Of a stretch of DNA of 64,000 nucleotides, positions 53,621 to 64,000 are shown piece after piece. This DNA comes from Cycas panzhihuaensis (Eukaryota > Plantae > Cycadophyta). Location of the stretch: contig CM041465.1 in NCBI GenBank assembly GCA_023213395.1, positions 136,779,741 to 136,843,740 on the forward strand, written 5' to 3'. A program made the translations under genes and the position numbers. Within the stretch, counting starts at the first letter, position 1, and every line of letters begins with the position of its first letter. The notes beneath the pieces were generated by a model that was not told where the DNA came from, did no database searches, and worked only from the letters and a program-made list of their open reading frames with translations.

Positions 53621-55695
53621 CTTCCAAGCACTATACAATTGCGAACCATCATCGATATTAACGTGGACTAAGGTGTCACAAGTACAGTTAGTCTACGAAC
53701 AACAAGAATAGGTAGAACAGACGGTTCAAATTTTAAAAGATAATTTGAATACAACAAGGAACTGGATGAAGCAACAAGCTGATTTGAATAGATTAGAAAG
53801 AAGCTTCACAGTCAGGGATTGGGTTTTTTTAAGACTTCAACCTTACAAACAATCATCAATGAAGCAGACAAATAAGCAAAAGTTAGCACCGCGAATTTTC
53901 GGACCCTATCAAGTTATTGAAAAAATTGGGGAAGTAGCCTACAGATTAGCTCTACCATTGGGAAGCAAGATTCACAATGTTTTGCATGTATCTTGCCTCA
54001 AGATAAGATAGGGGAAAACATCACCCTACAAACGACAGTACCAGAGTTAGATGAGGAAGGGAAGATTAACATCGAACCTGAATGAATTATTCAGACTTGA
54101 ACGAAGGCATTGCAATCCAACAACGTTAAAGAATACCTCATTAAATGGAAAACACTTGATCTGGAAGATTCAACGTGGGAATCAGAAGCACGGATCCAAC
54201 AATATCCCAATTTGCCCATGCTTTGAGGGAAAAACATGTTTTCGAGGGGAGGGACTTGTAGTAATCCCCTTGATTCTAAAGATATTCTGGCCGACTTCCA
54301 TCATAACAGAGTAGCTGGCTGTTCAAAGAAGTTTGAGGCTTCATTCTTGAGCATTTGAGTGGAAGTTTTGGCTGCCATATTTTTGGCCCTAGGGCTGCAA
54401 TTGTGTTGGGGGGAACCTTGCCTTAAAGAGGAAGAATTAGTAACAGAAGTAGCTTTGTAAGTTGAACTTAATATTCCTTAGTATTCAACATATTTGTTCA
54501 TATTCTAAAGCAGTATATTATTCATATTTGTATTCAATTTAGTAGAAAGCATATATTTTGCATACTTTTTTCTTTGTTTTGGCTCTTTTATTTCCAAAAG
54601 ATCAATTCGTGTCGCTTCACACAAGTGTAATCAGTCTGTGAACAATAGGAATAGGTAGAAGAGACGGTTTGGATCTTAAAAGATAATTTGAATACAACAA
54701 GGAATAGGATGAACTAACAAGCCGACTTGAATAGATTAGAAAGAAGCTTCATAGTCAGGGATTGGGTCTTTTTAAGACTCCAACCTTACAAACAATCATT
54801 GATGAAGCAGACAAATAAGCAAAAGCTAGCACCATAGTTTTTCAGACTCTATCAGGTTATTAAAAATTTGGGAAGGTAGCCTACAGATTAGGTCTACCAT
54901 TGGGAAGCAAGATTCACAATGTTTTCCATGTATCATGGCTCAAGAAAAAGATAGGGGAAAATATCACCCCGTAAATGATAATTCCATAATTAGATGAGGA
55001 AGGGAAGATTAACATTGAACCTGAAGGAATTCTCTAGACTTGAATGAAGGCACTGCGATCCAAGAACGTCAAAGAATACCTCATTAAATGGAAAACACTT
55101 GATTTGGAAGATTCAACATGGAAATTAGAAGCATGGATCCGACAATATCCCAATTTGCCCATGCTTTGAGGGCAAAGCATGTTTTCGAGGGGAGGGACTT
55201 ATAGCAATCCCCTTGATTCTAAAGAGTTTCTGGCTAACTTCTATGCCAATTTCTGGCCGACTTCCCAAGTGGTATTATTCCCAATCCCCCATTCTGGCTG
55301 ACTTCCATCATGATAGAGTAGTCGCCTATTTAAAGAAGTTTGAGGCCTCATTCCTGAGCATGTGGGTGGAAGTGTCGGCTGCCATATTTTTGGCTCTAGG
55401 GTTGCAGTTATGTTGGAGGCAACCTCGCCTTGAAGAGGAAGAATTATCAATGGAAGTAACATTATAAGTTGTACTTAATATTTTTTAGTATTCAACATAT
55501 TTGTTCATACTTTAAAGCAGTATATTATTCATATTTGTATTCAATTTAGTAGAAAGCATATATTTTGCATTCTTTTCCTCTGTTTTGGCTCTTTTATTTC
55601 TGAAAGATTGATCGTGTTGCTTCATTAAGCATCCTTGCTCAATTCAAAATTTAAAAATTTTTGATTTTGCTTCTTTCCCCCACTTTGTATCAAGG

Positions 55696-56807
55696 CTACT
55701 CTTGCTGCCTTGGATTAGCTATAGCTTCACTTGCCTTTAGTATGTCTTCATTGATTCGGGGGAGGGTGGCTATAATTGCATTCTTTTCCTTCAATTTTTC
55801 TTCCGAAGCAACAATTTCTGCCTTGTAACTTGCCTCCATCTCCTCCACCATCCAACTAATTTGTTGGCTCTTCCTCGTCATAGATGTTTGTTGTGGTGAG
55901 GATGTCTACGCTGGTTCAATGACAATAGGGAACTCTTCTAGGGCTGCTGCCCACTCCTCCAACAAGGACTTTGACTCCACTTCTTCCTTTTTTTACTTCC
56001 TCTTGCTGTCATTTGGTGCTTTTCTTCACCGCCTGTTTGGACTGGTGACGAATAGGGCTATCTGGCACTTGTTATAACCACTTCAATATACTTCTCATCT
56101 CCTTTTTACTTTCCTTTTTACCTCCATGTCTTGAGTTTTTTTTTTGGAAATGCCTCCACCTATTGTTTGATTAATGGTGTGTGTGGCCAAATTGGTTGTT
56201 GTGGCGGTTGTGTTCCCGGACATTAATATAACAAAATGGCCAACAATAATGAGGGATGCCTGAAGGGATGAATACTAATCTCCTCAATTTGTTGTTTCAT
56301 GTTTGTTGCCAAGAACTCTGACCAATTAAGCTAAACTCTGTCCCAAATCTTTGGCAACACTGACATCATTTCCCCTAGAATGTATGTGTATTTTTGTTTG
56401 GACAAAAATCAAGTGACAACCACCTTTGCCACCCACTGCAATATGATATTCTTGATATCCACAACTCTAATTCTACCAGAGAATATTTGAGTGTTCTCCT
56501 TATACACTCCCTTACCCATGTCTCTCAATCAACCTCTGGTTGCGTTGGTTGAAGCTGGGATGTTCCCCTCTTTAGGAAGTCCTGTGATAGTATGGATAAT
56601 GCCTGCATTCAATTGAATTCATCCAGCATTATTTTTTAACTCCAACAGGATTTGCTGTATCAACTTCGAGTTCCAATACAATGGCGCTAAGTGTATATAC
56701 TCTCTCCACTCTACCTATCAGACCTTAGCATTAAATGCGGTTGGTAACCCTTCCAACTTTGCCTTCAGCTTCAACAAATAGTTCTCATGACACCTTGTAA
56801 TTCTCAT
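55696..56807 (-). pseudogene. Degenerate extra retroelement ORF (env-like position; plant mobile/transposon-domain-like, with a coiled-coil tail)
   Basis: One frame from ATG 56807 reads MRITRCHENYLLKLK...IIHTITGLPKEG...LNWSEFLATNMKQQI...HPSLLLAILL with only scattered stops; charged, coiled-coil-like ORF 55696-55881 downstream. Confidence 0.6.
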
Positions 56808-57053
56808 TTTGGACCGATTGGAAAGACAAGAAGCAAGACCAAACACTAACAAGAGGAAATGTAGAAACAAGCGTTGCTTATGCGAAAAAACTTGAGATAC
56901 GTTTTGTGTGTTCGGTGTGGGAATGCATGGCAATTTTAATGTTGGACTCATCATTATTGTAGGTGGAATGCTTGCCCTCAGTGGTCCTTATCACTTTGGA
57001 ACTTGTCTTGGTCAAAAGTGAGGCAAAAATTTGGTGACTTGGTGCTTTCATTT

Positions 57054-57209
57054 GCGTGTGTTCCCATTTGGAATGCTCATCGGTACACATAATATATTTC
57101 TCCACTTTGCATTCCACTATTATATGCTTTTATCTGCATGCGTTCCCAGTTGGAATGCTCATTGGTACACATAATATATTTCTTCACTTTGCATTCCACT
57201 ATTATATGC
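57054..57209. repeat. 82-bp-period tandem duplication between INT and the extra ORF
   Basis: ttccca.ttggaatgctcat.ggtacacataatatatttct.cactttgcattccactattatatgc at 57061 and 57143. Confidence 0.85.
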
Positions 57210-60200
57210 ATTCCTGATACCATTTTGTTTTGGAATGTATAGTGTGTTTTCAAAGAATGTATACTTAAAATTCATCTTTTTTTGTTAATAATATATTCTT
57301 TTTGTTTTTCGATATATCCTCATTTTTCATTTTTCATATATATATATATATATATATTTCCCCCTTTTTTCTTACAGGATAACTATTTTTTTCATTTTTC
57401 CTTTTTTTAAAAAATATTGCCATATGGTGATTTTGCTTAAGCATATGATTAGAGTTATGGTTATTTTTTTGTCTTTTTGTTTGCGTACCAGAGTGGAATC
57501 ATGTTCTAGCACTAAGACAACCTTGATTGCCTCCAACTTCAAGCAACACGATATAGTACAACTAGTTGATTCGTTTGGTAGGATGGTTGTTCCCTAACTC
57601 TGGCAGGGTTTAACAAGACGGGTTGCAACCCACCAATTTCCTTCAATCTAACCGAACCATTATTGAAAATCTTGTCGACGACGTATTGTTTGAGCCATTG
57701 CTTTTTTAGTTTTCCCAGGTCATGCCATGCCTTTTGTCACATCTTCTCAATGTTTTGCAACCTCTTTGCTTTATGCCTTGGTTTCTCTAGTTGCAACAAT
57801 TATTATAATGTCTCTCGTAGGGAATCAAAATCATCAAGTCGACAAGCCATGGCACCTCTTAGATTTGGAATCTCAAATTCCATTGGAATAATGGCCTCTA
57901 TTTGTACACCATCTAGAATGGCATCTGTCTAGTTGCCTTTTTGTATGTTGTGCGGAAATTCTATAATACTGATGATAGCTTTTCTGTCCAATTTGATCTA
58001 CCCACATCACAAATTTTTCCTAGACAATTTTCAATGATTTTATTTGAACTTTTTGCTTGCCCAATTGCTCTGGTGTAATAGGGCGCCAATTTTCAATGGC
58101 TGATTAGAAACTTAGATGTTAATTCCTCCATTACTTGATTGAGAAAATGTGAATCTTGGTCGCTCACAATCTCCAATGGACATCTATATCATGTAATAAT
58201 CACCTTGTATAGGAGTTTGACTGTGCTTTTAGAATCTACTTTTCTCAATGATCTTGCTTCTATCACTTGGTTATATAATCTGTAGTTGTCAAGATATATC
58301 GGGTTTGGGAGTGTTGACTTGTTGGTTTGATAGACCCAACAAAGTCAAAACCTCATGGTGCCAAAGGTAAGATTGGGTTGAGAGGTTGAAAGTTCTAGTG
58401 ACTTGGCTTCTTGACTCATTGAGAATAGTTACATTTCTTGATCCACTTTCTTATATCTTCAAACATGGTAGGCCACTAGAATCCTGTTGATAGCATTTTC
58501 CTCTAGGTTGCCAACTTGCCCATATGCCCACCAGCCACATCTTCATGTGCCTGGATTATTATATGCTTAATCTCATGTGGCTTGACACAATGTCGGAGCA
58601 GTTCATCTGGTCTTAGGCGATATAATTCGCCTTGGATCAGTTGATATGGTTCTGTCTTTTAAACCAAATGTCTTCTTTCTGTTTTGTCTAGGTTTAGTGG
58701 TAGCTCACCTGTTGCAAGATACTCTAGGGTTCCTTCATGCCATTCTGTCATAACCGATTCAACATTGAAGAGTGTTGCATCTGGAAAAGAATCAGGTACA
58801 CCTGTGGATTCATCCCCCTTATCTATCCTAGATAATTGATTAACTATCATATGTACTCTCCCAGGTTTGACCACAATCTTAAAAGTGAATTCTTAAAACA
58901 ACACAAGCCATCTACTAATTCTTCCTTTCAATAGAGGCTTATTCACGAGGTACATCAATGCTTGATGATCCACATAAAAGATAAACGGATTTTACAGTAA
59001 GTAATGTTGAAATTTTTGTAAAGCATATACCATTCCAAGACCTTCCCTTTCACTTGTCATGTAGTCATGTTCTACCTTAGTGAACTTTTGGCTAGTAAAG
59101 TAGATAGGATGGTCAATATTGGTTTCCCTTGGTCGGGCACATACACACCCAATGGCATATTGCGATGCATCGATATGCACATGGAAGATGTTGTCCCAAT
59201 CTAGAAATTGAATAATAGGTGCCAACGCTATTGCTTACTTCAAGGTCTTGAATGCTTCTTGTTATTCTTCTCTCCATTCCCATTCAATGTCCTTTTTCAA
59301 TAATTCCTCCAGGGGTCTCGATATTCATGTGTATCCTTTGATGAACTTTTTATAGTAGCCAGTTAGTCCCAAGAACCCTTTTAAATGCTCTTGTGACAGT
59401 GACATTGGAAAATGTAGAATTTCAAGTACTTTTGTTGGGTTTGTCAATAATCCTTCTTTGCTTACAATGTGACCCATCAAGTTTTTGAATGAAACCAAGA
59501 AAGTACATTTTTCTAGATTTAAGCAGAGGTTGTTTTCTCTACAAGTTTGCAATATTTCCCTCAAATTGCCCATATGATTTTTCTTTAGGCCATATAGAGT
59601 CCAATCATCCAAAAACATGGCTACTTTTTCTCCTATTATCCTTTTAAAAATGTTAATCACAATGCACTGGAATGTGGTGGGTGCATTGGTTGACCCAAAG
59701 GGCATGACCCTATAGGCTATGTTCCCCATTCCGTTACAAAGGCAGTCTTGGCCGGTCCTTGGGAGCAATCTAAACTTGATTGTACCCCACTAAATCCATC
59801 TGTGAAGGAATAACTTCCTTGCCCCCTACCATCTCTAATACATTCTCCGTAAAAGGGAATCGAAAATGGATCCTTTTTGGTTACTTTATTCAATTGTCTA
59901 TAGTCTACACAGACACTAATTTTTCCATCCTTTTTGGGCATTAGTACTATTGGCCTTAACCTATCATTGTAGACAATCTTGTACATGCAACCTACTTCTA
60001 ATATCTTATCAAAATTGGCTTTCACTTTCTCCTTCTACCTTGGGTTCATGCGATAGGGTCTTTGCTTCACTGACTTGGCTCCTTCAATTAGGTCCTTGTG
60101 GTGCATCCCAATCTCGAGGGATGTCCTGCATGTCCTTATAAGACCGAGCAAATATATCCTTGAATTCTTCAAACAATGCTTGTGCCTTGGTCACTGTTTT

Positions 60201-60955
60201 GTCATCCCAATAGTTTCTAATAGTGGTATTATGAGGATTTTCTTTATTTCCTAAATCAATCTCAATTGTCTTTATTTTCTCCAATTCCACCTTATTATCC
60301 TCTATAATCTAATGAGCTGGGGTGTTTTTAATATTCCGATTGCCATATTGTAATTTGGTGCATTCTGGAGGAAAATTATGGGTTTCCTTCTCTTTTTCCT
60401 CTTCCCTACTTTCTACAATTTTTGCTAATGACATGAATTTTGGTTGTTCCACTTCCATACTTATTTTCCTAATTTGTTTTAGTGGCCTATCAATGGTTTT
60501 ATTGCGGTATGAATGTAAGAATGTTTTAATAAAAGAAATCTTCAAGTTATGCCAAAAGGCTTCTCAAATTTTTTTTCTTAGCAAATAACCATTATTTTCC
60601 TAATCTCCCTAGGGCATGATAGGATAGATGACTCCAGTTACGTTTAGGGTAACTCTTAGATATCCAAAAGTTTTCACATTTTTGGATGTATTTTATAGGG
60701 AGATCTCCTACCAAAAATGAAGGAATGCTTAGTTTCTCTAGGGGGGATCAAGCCATAATCAAAAGAATGTCTGGATATCTGTCCAATTATGAAAAGAGGC
60801 CTGGTGAGATAAATACCAATACTAGGGGGGGAGAAGCGGGCTTCTTCAATGTGCCTGATTGTTCTTTGAGCTCTGAAGCGTTGACCTTGATTGAGCTGCT
60901 TTGCCTTATCCATTTGAACAAGAATTATGAGAGGGTCCACTTATAGGTTTAAATA

Positions 60956-63900
60956 TGTTGGAGAATAATGTTTCATCTAGAAATATATACAAAGGGTCAT
61001 GTAAAACACCCCTTAATGTATCTTTAGACAAGTGTCTGCCATGTGTCATTCAAATACACGTTGGTTACAATATGTATTTGTATATATATGTAAATGATCT
61101 CTCATAATAATTCATCGGCCTTTCTTGTATCTCTCTCTAATCTTCAACATGGTATTAGAGCAGGCCAACGTGGTTGGCTAATAAGAAGAATTTGCAATTG
61201 CGGGAATAATTTGGAACAGAACAGAGTCAGATTGCGCCAGGACTCAAGAAGGATAAAGGACAAGGTCAGATTTTGTTGGTAGAGGAAGCAGACTATAGAA
61301 TTTATTTCAATACGGAATTGTACAGACTTATATGGACACAAAAATTTCAAAGTGCTCAGGTTTCGATGAAACATGGCCAATAGAACCGTCTCAGTATATA
61401 CATTAATTCTCTCTTCTATTGCGAAGTCATCTGGAGTCGTTTCGAGGGAGTTTTACCTCATTTTATGCTTGTGCAGGTTTGATACTTCAATTTCAAATTT
61501 CTTCAAAATTTTTTTGAAAGTCTAGGTAAAATCAAACTTATTCTATTTAATTCCTTATTACAGAGAGTTCAAATCCATTTTTACTGTAATTTCTTGAAGA
61601 TTTGAAGAGATTTAAGCATTTTTCATCAAAACCCTAATTGCCCCTTTTAAGCTTTTAGCCCTGTTTTCTTGAAATTGGAAGATAATCTCTAGAAAATAAA
61701 TACAGATCTAGAATCCTCTTTTGAAGATCTTCATTTTGGGGTACTTTTTGTACAAGTTCGTACACCCCCTTTTTTGTACAGAAATTCGTACAACCGTACA
61801 GATAGACCTAGATTTTGATGTTAGATTTTGATTTCAAGGATTTAAAATGGCTTCCACTATTTTGGCCTTGTCAGATCAAGACAAACTCACTACTACCAAT
61901 TATCATATATTGAAAATCAAAATAGAAACTTTGCTAAGAGCTAAAAATGCATGGAAGATAGCTACAGGTCTAGAGGAAAAACTTGATGATGATGACCCAG
62001 ACCTTCTAGCTGGGAAGAAAGGGATAATGCAAGCTTACTTACCCTAAAACTCTCTGTTTCAGGCCCACTCCTTGTTTATGTTGAAAATCTGAACTCATCC
62101 TCAAAAGTTTGGAAAATGTTTGAAAAAATATATATATATATATATGGAAAGAAAACTAGAGCTCAAATCATAGCCTTCAAGGAGGACTTATTCAAGCTGC
62201 ATATGAAAGAAACCGAAACAATTTCGGAATTTCTTCATAATGTTGTTTCGATCAAAAATGATTTGCTAAGTGCAGGAGCAAAAATAGAAGAGCAAGAGAT
62301 AGCTGAGATGTTAACAAGCAAGCTTCCGAGATCATTTGATGTTACAATCAACACAATCATTAACAGTGATCGAATTAATACAATAACACTTGATACATTA
62401 ACAAGATTGTTGTTGAGACAGGAACAAAGAAACAAGTGGTATGAATATACAACGGAGGTGGAGGATGCTTTTGTCACCAAACTCCACATAGGACCCAAAG
62501 GAAGGGGTCAGTCTCATGGTCGTGCTAGAGCTTTAGACACAAGAAGCATATCTCAAGGAAGATGGCAAGATAATTGAGGGCGAGGTCGCAACATATCTCC
62601 CAGAGAAGCCAGGGTGTGTTTTAACTGTGGAAGACCAGGACATTTTTCCAACAGTTGCAAAGCCTTTGCCGTCTGTTACCACTATGGAGAATCTGGGCAC
62701 TATCCATATCAATGTCCACAAACGAGAGCTAAAATTCAAAAATGAAAATGACCTATAGGAAACTACAACAAGGAGCAGAATGACGAAGATGAAGAAACAA
62801 CTGCATTAATTGTTGCACTTATAGCTAGTCTTGAGGATGAGGAGGTGTGGTATGTTGATTTCGGGGCATCAAGACACATGACCGGACGAGAGGATTGGTT
62901 CAGATCCTTAAAACCCTACACCTCAAATAGGTCTGTCAAACTAGGGGACAAACATCCTCTTAATATTAAAGGGGTCAACACTATAGCAATTAAAATAGAA
63001 GGAGGCATACAAAACATTGTCAATGTACTGTTTGTTCCTAGGTTAAAAAAGAATCTTCTCTTCGTCTTTCAGCTTAGAAAGAAAAAGCTGAGGACTGTGT
63101 TTGATGAAGATGGATATTGCCATATTCTGGACATGAAAAAAGGAGGAGTTGTAATTGCAAAGGGTATAGAGTGTAATGACCTATATAGGTTACTTTCTAA
63201 ACCTGTGACCATCAATGGAAAGGCATGTACTGTGGCCAATGTTGATAATAATAAATTGTGGCATTTGAAGTACGAACATATCTCATACGATTGGTTAATG
63301 CAGTTGCAAAAGTAAAAAATGGTTAATGGTCTTCCAAATGTTTCATTTCAGCATCTTGTATACAAAAGTTGCATGTTCGGAAAACAACATCATTTTCTAT
63401 ATAAATTGAATGAATGGTGGGCCCAAAAAACCTAGATCTGGTGCATACTGAGCTATGTGGTCCCCTTACACCTTGCTCAATTAATGGTGCTAGGTATATT
63501 CTAACGTTCATTGATGATTGCACTAGGAAAACTTGGATTTATTTTCTTTACTACAAATATGAGGTTTTTGAAAAATTCAAAGAGTTTAAAGTCAAAGTAG
63601 AGTTAGAATCTGGAGCCAAAATAAAATGTGTCAGATCAGATGGTAGAGGCAAATACAACTCAAAGGATTTTTAAAATTTTTGTAAGATACATGGAATACA
63701 AAGACAACTCACAACTCCATACACACCACAATCCAATGAAGTTGTCGAACGGATGAATAGAACGATCATGGAGATGGTTCACAACATGATTGAAGAGATC
63801 CAGATCTCAAGAATTTATTGGGCTAAAGCAATCAACATAGCAGGGTATCTCATAAATAGAAGTCCTACGAAGGTCCTGGAGCAAATCACACCAGAAGAAG

Positions 63901-64000
63901 CCTAGACCGGAACCAAACTAGATGTAAGTAATCTAAGAGTATTTGGATGCAAAGCTTTTGTCCACATTCTAGATAAGAGATCATAACTATATTCTAAAAG
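60956..64000 (+). mobile_element. Ty1/copia of the same lineage as 48511-53620: 5' LTR (60956-61149), gag-PR-INT, running off the right edge
   Basis: TGTTG...CAACA LTR; PBS tggtattagagc; gag MASTILALSDQDKLTTTNYH..KIKIETLLRAKNAW, similar to the gag at 49401; PR WYVDFGASRHM; INT VHTELCGP. Confidence 0.92.

Larger units (their letters stand above)
38928..55624 (+). mobile_element. Chromovirus Ty3/gypsy with three LTRs (38928-39356, 54257-54619, 55200-55624), hosting two nested copias
   Basis: PBS tagtattagagc; gag from 39485, interrupted at 39563; RT ~46500-47420; INT (WEEISMDF) 47800-48510 resuming at 53626; chromodomain; PPT ggggagggact. Outer TSD TTGAG/TTAAG has one mismatch. Confidence 0.85.
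55625..60955 (-). mobile_element. Non-chromovirus Ty3/gypsy (RT-RH-INT) with an extra downstream ORF; 5' part interrupted by the copia at 60956
   Basis: RT (VCVDYRQLNK, DGFSG, YRVMPFG, FLDD) 59325-60025; RH (DASQYAIG, EREGLGMVYALQKF) 58992-59225; INT remnant ~57500-58870; no chromodomain. PPT/3' LTR start probably at ~38898-38910. Confidence 0.85.

Overview
AT-rich plant nuclear DNA. The giant TE-filled introns suggest a gymnosperm-type genome, but the species cannot be determined from the sequence. The only host gene is a plus-strand sorting nexin 2 (SNX2A/2B-like, PX-BAR). Three coding exons are visible (3085-4110, 12690-12899, 13093-13353; 499 codons, all phase 0). The expected C-terminal exon(s) are not in the window, so intron 1 is 8.6 kb and intron 3 is at least 50.6 kb. 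The rest is a nested stack of LTR retrotransposons: at least 7 Ty1/copia and 5-6 Ty3/gypsy elements or fragments, solo LTRs and a non-autonomous element. Many are delimited to the base by TG...CA LTRs, tRNA-iMet PBS, PPT and 5-bp TSDs. I see no prokaryote-type system (CRISPR, rRNA, tRNA, operon). The most notable items are: a non-chromovirus gypsy with an extra sense ORF after pol; a three-LTR chromovirus; a copia with identical LTRs but a frameshift-riddled interior; tandem arrays in a long copia 5' UTR; and a pol-less LTR element. All identities and counts were estimated by eye.
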